A stretch of DNA of 64,000 bases from Adineta vaga (GCA_021613535.1 CP075493.1:5270001-5334000); one strand, 5' to 3'; numbered from the stretch's first letter, positions 13,111 through 32,725 are shown. Notes: generated by a model not told the origin, from the letters alone. Numbers and translations: made by a program.

Positions 13111-15383
13111 GATTAAAGAAACTACACTCGATAGCTATACTGATGAAATAAGATAAAAGAGAGATGAACTGAATGATTTCTCTCTCTATATATATAGTGA
13201 AAAAGGATAAAGAATTCACGATATAATCCAGTCCTAGTTAATTCACGAAACAAAAGATTCTTTGTTTGAAACAAATAGGTTATAGAAATCGAGTCATTTT
13301 CTTTGTGCATATCGTAATAACGTATGGCCCGATAGTATATCAGTTAAATGGATAAGTGATTCTCATTGCAATAATCATGCGCCAATTATGGATAAAATTT
13401 CCAAAAGTTTGATGCAGTCAAATTTCATTTTATTTTTAAAATTATTTGGTTAAAATGTTTATCGAGGTACATCCTATCGAGGAAATACAGACATAAATCT
13501 CATCATAATCCAATAATTCGCTTTATACTGCTTGATTAGGTTTCGTTTTATTATAGATATTATCAGGTGAAATAATATGTTGTTTTAAATAAATCTTCGA
13601 CAATAAGCATATTACAATAATCACTATATATATATATATTCATATATACTTTCATTGACATCTAGTACTCAAAAATTTTCGTGTTTTTATCAACAACTTT
13701 TTCTTCATAGTTGAATAGAAAAATAATTTGTTGAAATGATTTTAGAATATCTGAGAAATGACTTGAAGTTTCTTAGGTATAATATTATCTTCGCACGAGA
13801 CATGATATTTTTTCACTAAACCGTCTTTTTTTTTCTAATTAAATCTATCAAGCACAAATCTACATTGTCATTCTTTTTTTCTCTCAGATTGTGCACAAAA
13901 GCAGAAAACAAGACACTCTGATGAAAGTAAAAACGCATCCGTTTTAAGCCGATTAAAAACGATTCACATCTGCAAAACTGCCGTCGACAATACGATACTG
14001 GAGAAAAAAAGGAGGAAAAGAGGAGAAGAAGAAGAAGAAGAAGAAGATATGCATCATAGGTGCTTCGGGAATCTGATGAAACTACAAGACGAAGAAAAAC
14101 TTAGAAAAAATAAAACATCCTTTCTCTCTATTTCTTGTCTTCTTCGTATGACTTCTAACTTTTTATTTTCTTTCAAGCGTCTTCTCTTTATTTGTTCGCT
14201 GTTCCGTGTTGAAATCTATAAACTCAGTTAGAACGAGTATGAATGAAAAAGACAGCTTCTTCAAATAGACTTATTATTGTTTTTGTCAATTAATCAGTGA
14301 CAAGGTAAGCAGACATGTTCGATGACATCATCATTGTCAAAATCGTATCATACATATGTAAGAACTTATCTTCTTCAAAAAAGATCTTTTCTCTCCTGGA
14401 AAAAACAGAAAGAGATTAAAATAAAAGTTTTTTTTTTTTGAATAAAAAAACAACAACCGGAAATCGGTCTTCTCTCTTTCTTTTTAATGATGTGACGCCC
14501 ACAATTATCCTCATCTCATATGCTACAAATTTTTGCCATTTTCATGTCAGTTTTTTTCTCAGCCGGGAGAATAAACGAGTCAACAAGGAAGCGTATTGGT
14601 TTATTCATATTATCACATTACCTTTCTGCTTCACTCACAATTATCTTCTCTTTTTATCTCTTCTCCTTCTTCTTCTTCTTCTTCTTCTTTTTTTTGACTT
14701 TTACTAGTTTTTTATTATTATTTGAACAACAGCAGTTCCTACTCGCTTGTTTTTTTACGTTCGAATTAACAAATCGAATAGATGTTTTTCACATTGACTA
14801 TTTACAATGTTTTTCGCTTTCCGTTCACATTCAAATAAGAAAAAAAAGAAGGCGACAAATAGAAACAGATTGATTAAACACTATGAGATGTTCTTAGAAG
14901 TAGAAGAAGAAAAAAAAGAAGAACTTGCTTTTCTCGATTAAGAAAGAATACGCATAATGTCTTTCTGTCACACATATGTATAGAAACACGTAAGTTATTT
15001 CTCTATCAATGCACAGACACTCACACATCTGCAAGAAAGAAAACTCTTACTATTATTATGAACTGTCACAGTAAGTGTCACTTTGAAATAGCCTGTGTTT
15101 TCTTTGTTTCTCTTCTAGACTATACGTTGAATATTATATTTATCACTAAAAAAAAAGTAGACATCAAATACTTTGACTTCAGATTGTTTAATCTTTCTAA
15201 CTAGAATAAACATACTATGTGTTTTTGTTTTTCTTCTCTTTCATAAGCTACTTTGTTTAATACAAAAAAATACCGAACTCTAATTATATATGATAATAAC
15301 ATTTTCAAGATGAACAATTAGATCTTAATTATTTTTATTGACTACATTCTAGATTATGTTTTTCGAGAACAAATATTAAATCA

Positions 15384-18300
15384 ATGCATCTATTATTTGA
15401 TATACTTCTAGTCTTTATTCTTATTTCAAGTTGTTTTTGTGTAAATAATGTAACTTACTCTGTTTCTCATGTACCCGACAGTTCAGTTGAAACATTTCTT
15501 CATTCGGATATATTTTTCCTAACAAATTCTTCAAATTTCACACGTTTATCATCAGTCGATGGTAATCTACTTGATACAATAGAAAAACTTCGATCAACAA
15601 ATGATATTGCTTCAATTGCCTTCAGTTGGAATACCGGTGATTGTTCATTACCAGCTGCCTTGGCTGTTCGATATCCAACAATCAGTATCAGTAGTCCCAT
15701 ATGTTACACATCCATAGCATCATCGATTTCAAATATTTTACAATTAACAGTAACAAGCCAAGGATTAGCATCTGCGGCAACAATTTTTATGCAAAAATAT
15801 TCTTTAACTTATTTTTCTATGATTATTGGAGATTCCAATGATTTTTATTTCAATTTCGCACAAGAATTTTCAACTTATCTTACGGGAAATTATTTTACTC
15901 TCGAGCATTTCTTTTACCAATCAAATTTTACACAATCATTATTAATTTCATATCGTACTAAAGGTTGGTTGAACAAATTTCATATATTACCTCTCAACAG
16001 ACATGCTGAATAATGACATCCTGTCACATACTTAGAAATCGTGTTTGTTTTTCTCGTTCTCTTTGAACTTGAATAAATTGATAGAACAAATCATTTCTAT
16101 CCTAAAGCTTCTATATATTTATTTTTCATTTAATTTGAAAAATTAACTTGCTTTCTATTTTAGTGTATTATATCATTTGTTCATATACGGAAGAAATTAA
16201 TCTGTATTCAAAAATCACTTCATTCTCTCAAGCATCAACAAATAATGCAATTTTTATTTTTCTTCGTTGGTCACCACATTTTGTTAGTTTTTATACGAAA
16301 CAATATCTACCAGATAAATTAATGACAATATCATCCTACTATTTTGCTATTTTACATCTTTTACCAATCGATACTGGTTCAACCAGCACTTTCAATGGTC
16401 TTGTTTTAAATTATGAACAACAAATTCTTGCAAATAGTTCAAATCAAACTTTTAGTGATGATGTAAGAAGAAATTCAAAAGAGAATTCTTATGTATAACA
16501 TTGATTTTTTCAGTTACTTTTTGTTTTACATGAATTGGAAAGTGTGGAATATCTTCAACAAGCAAATCCATCAACATTTATTAATCCGATTACTCTAAAT
16601 AGCAATCAACAACGTTTATTTTCATATGCATTAGTTGGTTTAAATTGTAATAATTCATGGACAATAATCAAACGAATGTATCCAACGACGTCAGTTTTTG
16701 AAGATGTTGATATCAATTCAAATTTATGTACACGCTTATATTATCCAACACTTGATACAATTACAAGTGATGATAGTGGTTTGTGATTTGTTTTGTTTTG
16801 TTTTAAACAGATTAAAAAGGAAAGTATTTTTCTATTTAAGGTTGGCGTATTCTTCGAATTGTACTTTTTTCATTGTTGGGTGTCGTCGCTGCATCTGCTG
16901 CTGGTCTAATTGCATTTTTTGTCATACGGTTTGTTGAAAGTTTTAATTCGAATATGATATTGAGAGAATTCATTGTTTGATTTGATATATTAGATCACAA
17001 CGTGCTCGACAACAAATGTCGAAAGGTCCAAATAAGATTATACTTCTCCCAGAAGATTTAATGTTTGTTATGCCAAAAGGATCAATATTTACTAGCAAAG
17101 TTCGTAGAGTACTTTCTTTTCAAGATTGGAATCTATTACCTTTCTATTTCAAGGTTAATCTAAGAAATGAACCACATGAAAGAAGTAACGTATCATTACG
17201 TAGTGGAGATATTCTAGCAGGAAAAACGGCTCGTTATAATGTAAGATTTTTTGATTACTATAATTAAAGATAAACATACGGTGGGATGTATTTTGCTGCA
17301 TTTAGGGTGATTTAGCTGAAGTTAAACAATTGCATATCGGTCCATTATCACTTCGTACAAAAGTAATGAAAGAATTACGTCTCTTAAAGGATCTTCGTCA
17401 TGAAAATGTCAATACATTTCTTGGACTTTTTATTGATCAAACTGCACCTGCTTTAGTTTTTGAATATGGACAACGAGGTAGTTTGGAAGTAAGAATTCTA
17501 TCTTCTTGTGAAAGTATCTATTGCGGATTATGAACATTGATTTTTTCTTCTCATTTAGGATATTATTAAAAAGGAAGAAATTAAACTCGATTGGAATTTT
17601 AAATGGTCAATGCTCAACGATCTTGTTCGAGTATGTGCTTTTGTTTTGCTTGATTTTATATCCGTTGATTCGTATAGGGTATGCGTTATCTAACTAATTC
17701 TCCGATTCGTTGCCATGGAAACTTAAAATCAAGGAATTGCATTGTCGATTCACGTTGGGTATTAAAAGTAACAGATTATCGTCTTAATGAAATGTATGCC
17801 TTACAGAATGCGCCAAGACAAGTGGATATAAATGGTTTGTGATCGAAATAGATTAGGAAAGAAACGAAAATTTTTCATTTAGATCTACTTTGGATGGCAC
17901 CCGAACATATTCGTACAGCTATCGTTAAAAATGATGTAGCTACAGTGATGACAAGTTCATCAGCGGGTGATGTTTATAGTTTTGGTATTATTATGCAAGA
18001 AGTTATCTTACGTGGAGCGCCATTCTGTATGCTGGATCTGACACCACAGGGTTAATCATTGTTTTATTCGTCAGTAATTCTTAATCCCATCTATTTAACT
18101 TTTAGAAATTATTGCAAAGATAAAAAAACCACCACCATTGTTGCGACCATCTGTATCAAAACAAACTGCACCACCTGAATACATTAATTCAATGAAACAA
18201 TGTTGGGCCGAACAAGCAGAAACACGACCATCATTTAATGATCTTGCTCTATCAATTAAATTACTAAACGGTGGAAAGTAAGTTCGAAATTTTTAATGCA

Positions 18301-19931
18301 TGATTATAGATATCCTTGTTATTCTGTTAAATCGATTCATTGTGAAAGTAGTATATTCAGCTAATGTTGGATCTGGGTTTTTTTCATAGGAAAGTGAATA
18401 TCGTCGATACAATGTTTAAAATGCTAGAACAGTATTCGAATAATTTGGAAGATTTAATCAAAGAACGAACTACGCAATTAGAAGAAGAAAAGAAGAAAAC
18501 AGACAAACTCTTATCACAAATGTTACCACCGTATGAAAATCTGACTATGTTGAAAGAATTATTTCTCTTTTTCTGATATTGTATAGGAGTGTTGCTGAGA
18601 GTTTAAAATCTGGTAAAGCAGTTGAAGCTGTCTGGTTTGAATGTGTAACAATTTATTTCTCGGATATTGTTGGATTTACCACAATATCAGCTTTAAGCAG
18701 TCCAATGGAAGTTGTCGATCTATTAAATGATTTATATACAATGTTTGATTCAATTCTCGAAGATTTTGATTGTTATAAAGTTTGTCAAATAATATTCAAT
18801 TCGATTTAATTGTGATAGAAAATTTTAACTTAGGTTGAAACTATTGGAGATGCATATATGGTAGTTAGTGGTCTTCCAATTGAAAATGGAACGCGACATG
18901 CTTCAGAAATAGCCACAATGGCATTAACACTTTTACATGCATGTGGTAAATTCAAAATTCGTCATATGCCTGGTGTACCATTAAGATTACGTATTGGTCT
19001 TCATTCTGGTGCATGCGTAGCTGGTGTTGTTGGTCTTAAAATGCCTCGATATGTAAGAATTTTATATCAATAATTTAATACAATTAAATCTTTTTTTTGT
19101 CTTAGTGTCTCTTTGGTGACACAGTCAATACAGCATCACGTATGGAATCGACAAGCATGGGTAGATATACATAGAAACTTACATTTGAAGAGAAGAATGA
19201 TAATATTAATTTATTTCGTTTTATAGCTTTTCGTATTCATTCCAGTGAAACGACAGCAATATTGTTAGAAGAAATTGGTGGATTTCAATTAGAATTTCGT
19301 GGTGTAACAGAAATTAAGGTTAGATTTCTTTGGAGATGAGATTGAATATATTAGTTACATTCGCATTTTGTTTTTCTTCCAGGGTCGTGGTAATTATAAA
19401 ACTTATTGGTTATCTGGAAAAGATGGTTTCGACAAAGAACTACCTGACCCAGTTATTTCTGATAATAATCATGGGTATGATAGATTCATATGCGATTATT
19501 GAATTGTGAATAAATTTTGTTATTTTCTAGTCTCGATAAAGAACTTGTACGATTAGTTGAGGAGAAGAGAGCACGAGAACATGAAGAAGAAGAAGCTAAT
19601 AACGCTAAAATGGCAAACAATAAAATTCAAGTCAAACCAATTATTGAAACAGTTTCTCAATCCGCTTCAGCATTTGCCGATCAACCAACTACTTCTCCTT
19701 TGATTAAAATGAATACAAATGATAAAACCGAAGATTTATTGAGGTAAATAAATACAAGATGTTCTATGTAAATAAATATTTTGTCTTATTAGATTTACTC
19801 CACCAACTGAAAAACAAACACGACGTCCATCGACATATGAAGCGCCTAAACCTAATGAAATTCCTGCAAAACTACAACAAATGAATGGACCTAGTGGACC
19901 TGTTCGAAAATCGACGAAAGCAAAATGGTGA
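15384..19931 (+). CDS. Receptor-type (transmembrane) guanylate cyclase, multi-exon
   Basis: Signal peptide, ectodomain, one TM helix (~16850-16925), kinase-homology domain ([16 protein letters not shown]), hinge, then cyclase motifs [38 protein letters not shown] with the GTP-specific E and C. Confidence 0.92.
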
Positions 19932-20260
19932 TCTTTCTTAACATTTCTATTTCATATGTGTTTATCCTCGTCAAATCCTTCTAACTATTGTTGTCTTCTT
20001 TTTCTTTTCTTCAAACATTCCAAATTCATACAAATCATAATATTTGTATGTCGTTATCAATCGGTTTTGAGGAACGTCATCACATACAGAAATTTGCGAA
20101 ACAAAACACAAACTTTCACATCTTGTGTATAGTTTTATTGAAAATATTTAACAGAGTTTTTAATATTATTTTATTCCTTATTTGTTTATATAAAATTTGC
20201 AATAAATGCGAGCATTACTCAAAAAAGATCTTAGCAGCAACGAATTCAATACAATCATCT

Positions 20261-20280
20261 TGAGGGTGTGGGTGTGGGTG
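20261..20280 (+). repeat. G-rich hexamer tract TGAGGG-TGTGGG-TGTGGG-TG (telomere-like, or a MITE end)
   Basis: Read directly. It stands out in AT-rich intergenic DNA between two convergent 3' ends. Confidence 0.55.
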
Positions 20281-20741
20281 AAGAAAATAATAACAACACT
20301 CCGGTCCACACCTTAACTCTATTCTGAAAACAGTTTAAAATATGCGATTATTTTATCTCTTATCCCTCGTTTCGACTTTGTGAATTTTTTATCCTCATTG
20401 ATGGAGAAAATTGTCCTCAATAAGGCTACTGCCTTTTCAATCATATCGTCTATGGATTCTATATTTTTGAATCAGTGAATAAATCTTGGCTTCAACATGT
20501 CATCAATAGTCTTCACAATAGTAATATAAATGGCATCATAAAGTTTTAATCTTCATTTGTTTATTTTACTTCTTTCAACACTCTCATCGACAATCCAAAA
20601 GATAACAAAAATACTATTTATATATTTAACAATTTCAATTGCACTGTTGTTTGATGTCATGCTTTTTATCATTCATACAATATATACAGACATTAGACAT
20701 AGAGAAAACATTTTCGGTGCTAAAACGCGCCTTACAATCAT

Positions 20742-23582
20742 TTATTCATAATGTTGAACTAATGTTGATGTATCATCATAATTACGAAGAATAATCAAAC
20801 ATTCATTTAATAAATTTTGATATTCATCTTTGGTTTTTAATGGCATTAGACTTGTATTGATATTCATTGGTGTACTATGTACATGTTCAGCTAAATGATC
20901 TAAGATTGATTTTAATTTTAAAGATTTATCATTTAATGATGAATTAGCGAGAAAACGAACGAATGTTGTTAACCAAAAAGAATATTCACGTAATGAATGA
21001 AGAACACGTGATCGATGAATTTGAGTTTCAAGATATGCCGATACCAATAATTCACGATTCGGTGAAGAATATAAAGTCTTTTGATAGGCATCATCATTCA
21101 TTGTAGTCCCATGAGTTTTAGTTAACGTCGATAATGGACCGGATGAAGTTAATTCTGATGGAAGAGCAAAATCCGATACAAAATCATGTTTATGAAATAA
21201 ACAAGTCCAATGTTTGAGCATATTATCAAATCCATACAGATGTCCAGTACCTATGTCATAGAAACAAATAAGTGATAAATGAAGGCTATCATTGTCTAAA
21301 AACTGAATTCAACTATTCTATGAATTTATTGAATTATAAACTAAAATCTAACATAAATACTCACTTGTTATAAGACAAACAGTATCTGAATGAATATGAT
21401 TCAATGTAAAAATATCCACAATTGATGCATGTGGTGGTAATAGATGTGAAATATTAATATCAATAATAGGGCATGTCATTGAATTTCGTGTTATGTCAAA
21501 TACCGATAATAATCCAGTAATGTAGATAATGGAAATCGTTGCTCGTTGTAAATTATTTGTATTTTCTGTTATATATAAACCAGCTAATGTTTGTGTCAGA
21601 ACAATATTGGAATATAAACGTAAACCACTTTGTCGTTCTAAGACAAATAATTCTGAACAATGATTCGTTTCATGTAATGTAACAAGTGCAATGAAATGTT
21701 TCGTTGCTTGAATAGCAAGTAATGGTGATTGAAAGACATTTTTCCATTGTGCTAATTTCGTTTGTTCATTAATACAAGAAAGAATATAGACTTGATCAGA
21801 TGATTTTTCTGTACGTAATTCGTATTCATTATTTATTTTACGTATTAAATTTGCTTGTAATTTAAGAGGAGGAAATAATGCTGTGGAACTAATTGATGAT
21901 GGTAAAGTAATGGATGAGGTTGAAGATCGAACAACACCTTTGGCCGGCTTAGGATCGATTGGAATTGTAGGCAGACGACGAGGTGTTGATGTGGAAGACG
22001 ACGTAGAAGTAATAGTAGACGAAGTCGAAGGAGTAGGTGCTGGTGGTGCTGGTGCTGGTGGCGATGGAGCTTTAGGTGTTGACACTGTTAGTGCAGGTGC
22101 AGGTACAGGTGCAGGAGCATGCGTATCAATACATAATGGTTTGATACAACGACGACCATCGCCTAATCGACGTTCACTTTGATTTTCTAATGTTGCTTTC
22201 ACTGTAGATGGTTGAGGATGATGGCTATGACCATTTCCATTAGTGATCGGAGTAGTACTATAAAAAAAACAACGATTTCAAATTTGAGTTTAATTTCAAA
22301 AGATCGTCTCTTAAATACTTACCCATTGGTAACAGATTTGATTGGAATAACTATATTTACTTTATACATATCACTATAAAATTTCGCCATTTCTTGATGA
22401 GTTAATGGTGTACCTAATTCACCTTTATTAAATACAATAAATGCACAAGCACCATCCGGTGAACAAACACCAAGTGTAATTAAACTATCATTCTCATTTA
22501 AATGCCAAGATATATCTAATATACCTGATGCAAAAAAATCATTAATTATGCACATCGGTTGTCGTGGACTTGTTAACCATAGTGATAGAGTTCGATCTTT
22601 ACTACCAATTGCTAATAAACATCGACGACGACCATTAATTAATAAAATTCTTGGAAGAAATCTTGCACAAGTGACTTCACGACGATGACCAACAAATTCA
22701 GCATCGACTGTCGATGATCCACGAATAATGCAAGCTGAAACTGGAAACCTTTTTAAAAGAAAACTTTCGTTGTTGCTATTCGGAAAGAAATAACAATGAA
22801 TTACGTATTATTTTTAGCATGTGCTGTGCTAAACATTGTTCCATCAGGTGACCAATCAAGTCGAAGAAATGATGTCGATTCAGCACAACCATCAAATGGT
22901 TCTTTTATTGTTTGTTCACATTGCCATGTTGTACTTGACCAAACTTTCACTGTTCCATCGGATGATTGTGATGATAATAGAAGTCCAGTAGGATCCCAAG
23001 CAATTCCTTTCACTAAACCAGTATGACCTCGAAGTGTTGTTGTTAATGTTGCCGACGGCCATGCATATATACAAATATGATTATCAATTGAACATGATGC
23101 TAGATAACGATCATTTGGTGGACACCATGCGATGTCTAATACATCAGCAACATGACCCGACGATAGACTTGATCGAAGACGCCATGTTTCAGGAAATTCA
23201 CCAAACGATGATGATGACTGAACTGGTTCTATTAAAGATTTACATCAATAAACAATTTTTTAGTTCACTTACGATTTATTACATTTGGATTTGTTGCTGT
23301 TAAATGATAGAGTAGAACACTTTGTCGACTAGCAACAGCAAGAATATCACTGGTATAAGAAAATCGAACACAAAGTGGACATTGTGTATCAATACGACAA
23401 AGAAGTCGAGATTGTGTTTGATAATTTTCATCAAGTATAGATGCCAAACGAAATATACGTATACAATCAACAGCATTATATTTACCAGCTAAGGCAACAC
23501 GAATACCTTCAGAATTGATATGCAACGATGAAAGACTTTCTTTGGGACCATGTTCAATCCATTCTGGTTTGATTAATTTCAT
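20742..23582 (-). CDS. HIRA: Histone H3.3 chaperone HIRA, multi-exon
   Basis: N-terminal MKLIKPEWIEH, WD40 repeats (GHTGLVKGIAWDP, FLRLDWSPDG), B-motif DGRRCIKPLCI, C-terminal AYLETQ..EYSFWL. Confidence 0.88.
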
Positions 23583-23677
23583 TTTGTTTTTTTTTGTTTC
23601 AAATAAAAATCAGAAAATGTTTTTTTACATGAAAACAAAAGTCTCTATACTATACTATATACAGTTTGGATAATTAC

Positions 23678-23760
23678 CCAATCGTATGTAAATTATATGA
23701 ACATTCTATATTCAATGGGTACGAAGACAGCAAAATAGGATTTCTACGGTAGATGGCAAC
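23678..23760 (-). promoter_or_regulatory. Putative HIRA promoter: CCAAT plus TAGATGGCAAC (both read on the + strand)
   Basis: Motifs lie ~96 and ~168 nt upstream of the ATG. Confidence 0.4.
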
Positions 23761-24666
23761 AGTTGACAGAAATCGTTCGAATGTATTATAACTCATATAT
23801 ATCTTTTCGTTATAAAGAAAAGATAAACAATCTATCGTAAATATGAATAGCAAAATATCTTTCTTATTGTTGACATAAACCTAAACATATGTCTGCTACT
23901 TGGTTTGCTTAGTATAATACAACACTTTGCAGCGGCCTGGTAAAGACAAACTCCTAATAACATAAAAATGTCTTACTAATAAGTTTTCGTTCACCCACAC
24001 AAGATAAAATTGCAGGCGGCTATAATTCATGATTTATCTGTATTAGTAAATCGAAAATAATCGTAAATAGTATGAGATATTATTTGAGTATAAAGTAATA
24101 AAAAGTATATTTCTCAACAGACAGAAATAGTAATTCAATATTTGACTTGTTAAAACGAGTTCTTGTTTGAGTATATACAGTACATGTTTTACTTTTAGAG
24201 AAAACAAAGCAGTTTATTAGAAGCTGCAGATGATTTAGGAAAATGATCTGTTAATATATGACTTTGGAAAGAGTCAAAAATCATCATATGAAATAATCGC
24301 ATCATTAGTTATTCTGTACTCTTCTATGACAATCAACAATAATATGTTTTCCTCGTTGTCCTTGATCAAACACAAAAAGTATAGAAAAATAATCCTATTT
24401 TTAGTTAATTATTATACTTAAGGTACAACTACAAAAAATAGTTATCGTAATTACGATTGATTTATGGTACAATTCTATCAATCATAGAAATATAAACTTT
24501 TAGATGTAAAATAAAAAGAAAAAAACAACATCTTACATATAAATATATTTGATCTGAAATCTCAATTTACGTAAATGATTGAATATCATGATATCAATAC
24601 AACATTGAAAAGAAATTGACTAGATGAGATTACATCGAAAACTTCAATGATTTCATTCCAAAAACA

Positions 24667-26851
24667 ATGCATAAAAATGATGTACATCAACGATTATTGC
24701 AAGGTAAACGTCTTCCACTTTACACATTGATTCATTATTACGTACGAAAAAAAAACACTTAGTAAAGAATCGGACCGAAAACATATAAATATAGACTACG
24801 TTTCATATAATCATTACAATTAAAGAATAGATAAATAACTAAAAATCAAATAAGAAATTCTTATTTCTTTGTATGAAATATTTATTGTCACATATTCATG
24901 TCATTCTTTTCGAGTAGGTAGAAAGATAATCTTATAATTGTTATTACTGTGTATCAACCAGTTTGTAACTATTTATTTTCTGTCTTTTCTTTTACTTTTT
25001 TCAAGCATCATTGCCTGTTATCGACGAAGAAGTTGAAGTTGATAGCAAGACTCTTGTAAAACCACGAAAATTTTTCCATATGAGTCAAGTATTGCGTTCA
25101 AAAGTCAATCAACATGTCGGTGATAATCAAGAATATAAAGTTTCACAACGTGATTTTTCTCGAAAGAAATCTTCATCAATCGTTGTAAACAATCCTGGAT
25201 TGAATCTATCTGTTGTGAAAACGAATGCTCGTATTGTACGAATTCGTTTAGTATTTATACATATTGGTGAAATTGATACACTTAATGAAAAGTATCAGGC
25301 GGATGTTTACTTCGAAGCAAGATGGACAGAGAAACGAATGAATTTAAATACATTAAATTTAAATGCACAAGATCAACAAAAACTTTTAGCTGAGGATAAT
25401 ATAACAATGAAAATTAATGAACTTAATCCAACTATTCATTGGCTACCGCAATTATTTATTGAAAATGGTATAGGTCAAATTGGTGAACAAGATAAATGGT
25501 TTACGATTAAGAAAATTGCTCCAAGATCTGATCAATTATCAACATCAGTTTCTATCAATGTAGAAATTTGTGAACATCGTCGAATTAAAGGTTTTTTTTG
25601 GGAGAAATTAGAATTGAATCATGTTAATATCAATTCGTTTTCTTTTCTGTTGAAAATCTATTTTATCTTTAGTTTCCAGCTGACGTACAAGATTTAACGA
25701 TATCCATAACAAGTCACCATCATGTTGCAAATTGTCTTCTAGTTCCAGATGAACGTTTCCGTTCAATCATTAATCGTGAAGCATTTTTTGATCAACAAGA
25801 ATGGTCATTGTATGAACATGTTGCAACAGAAATACGTGAATCAAATGAAGAATATTCATTCGAAGATGAAGATAATGCAATTGGACAAACGAAACATCCT
25901 GTACTTGCAATTGCTTGTCGTGCAGGTATGATTTATCTTTTATCGACATAATTACGATTCTAAAATTTATATTCGACGTTGATAGCTCGTCGTCCTGGTT
26001 ATTATTATTGGAATGCATTTTGTTTGATATTTCTAATAACTATCTGTGCATTCTGTATTTTTTCAATTTCACCAGAGTAAATTATTCTAATTTATATATT
26101 AATTTTATATTGATTTCGTTTAGTTTACCACAAAGTCGACTACAAATCACATGTACTCTTCTGCTTACTTCTGTTACATTCCGTTGGGTTGTTAATCGAT
26201 CATTAGTATGTCTTTTATCCATATTCTTTATTGTAACATTTCATTTCGTTCTAGCCACAAATTTCTTATCTAACTACTCTTGATATCTATGCGATTATAT
26301 CGATTATAATGTTGGTTGTACTCTGTGTCTGGCATTCTATCATAGCAACACTTCATTTTCTCAATCCTATGGCCCCAAAACTTCTCGGACCGACAAATTA
26401 TTATGTTATCATTGATCGATATGTTTTCTATGGTCTTTTTGCTGTGTATATTTTTACACATATAGCATTACTTGTCTGGCTCATTTCTGTTCCATATAGA
26501 CGACGACGAGAAATGGAATATATTGATCATGAATATGCTGCAAAGAAATATATTCAACTAGATACAAGTCAATCACGATATGATTCGAAATTTGATTTAT
26601 CAGTTCGACGAGCATCAGCAGCATATGATACATTACCGGCAATGAAACCTACACGAGCACGAAAATCATTGGATGGAATTACTACAATACCTAATGCTAC
26701 AACAGTTATACCCATTCGAGAAGAAAATAATGAAATAAGAGTAATGAGTATGACTGAACTTCGTGAACAAGAAGATGAATATTATAATCATACAAATGAT
26801 ATAAATAATGAACTTAAAACTACACAAATGACTCCTGTAGAACAACCATGA
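24667..26851 (+). CDS. Cys-less (Pro-loop) pentameric ligand-gated ion channel subunit, ~6 exons
   Basis: IDTLNEKYQADVYFEARW, WLPQLFIEN, EKLELNH|FPADVQDL, RRPGYYYWN-M1, M2 RLQITCTLLLTSVTF, LP-ISYLTTLD. The first exon (24667-24703) is inferred from an in-frame splice to 25006. Confidence 0.82.
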
Positions 26852-27091
26852 TTTTTTTGTAAATTTTTTTTTTCATTTATCTGAACTATTATGAGCTTCT
26901 GATTCAGTTAGACTTCGAATTATTTCGTACGCTCTTTGTTACGATCAACCATAGATTAATCTCTTTTCAGTTTGCAATCAATTTGAAAGAATCGTACAAT
27001 ATCATCATCATCATCATTTAGATAGAATTATATATTGAAAAAGATCATATAATCTATAGTAACTCTAAAATGAAATATACTGAAATAAAAA

Positions 27092-27146
27092 CAGATGTCG
27101 CTTATAATCAATAATATAAATAAAACAATAGCATTCATTGGATTGG
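27092..27146 (+). promoter_or_regulatory. Putative SMC3 promoter: CAGATGTCGCT plus two ATTGG (inverted CCAAT) boxes
   Basis: Motifs lie ~150 and ~105 nt upstream of the ATG. The same layout occurs before ASCC3 and HIRA. Confidence 0.45.
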
Positions 27147-27249
27147 TTAAACTAAGAAACAAAGCACAGTTTGATCGACAAGCAACCATTAGTGACTCGT
27201 TTTTTGTTGAATTCTTGTCAGTGTATTCAACTGATTACTAACATTCAAC

Positions 27250-32369
<5,120 letters not shown>

Positions 32370-32725
32370 AGCTAATCTATTGTATAGGTTGTTTTGTGTC
32401 TAAAAAAAGTTAATGTTTTCGGTATATGTTAAGTTGGATGTATTACTTGACTTTGTTTGTATATGATGTAAATTTTACTGAAGACGAAAATATTCATGTC
32501 GTAAATCTTTGTTTGTTTGTTTGTTTGTATGTATTAATATAGAAATTTATTAATCCGATTTCATCACTTCAGATATTCAAAAAGATAGATAATCGATTAT
32601 AACCAATGTGAAAGCAAGTCGTCGTCCAGAATTGAAATATCGACATTCAATAGAATATTGACCGAAAAATATGATGTCTAGTAAAGTGACATAGTCTTTT
32701 AGTTTTAGTTTTAGATTATACAAAA

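Noticed and set aside
14020-14873. Poly-Leu/poly-Phe ORFs and opposing (GAA)n/(CTT)n tracts
   Set aside because: Simple microsatellites in the region upstream of the guanylate cyclase, with no coding signal.
21883-22182. Gly/Val-rich + strand ORF
   Set aside because: Antisense shadow of HIRA's Pro/Ser/Thr-rich linker.
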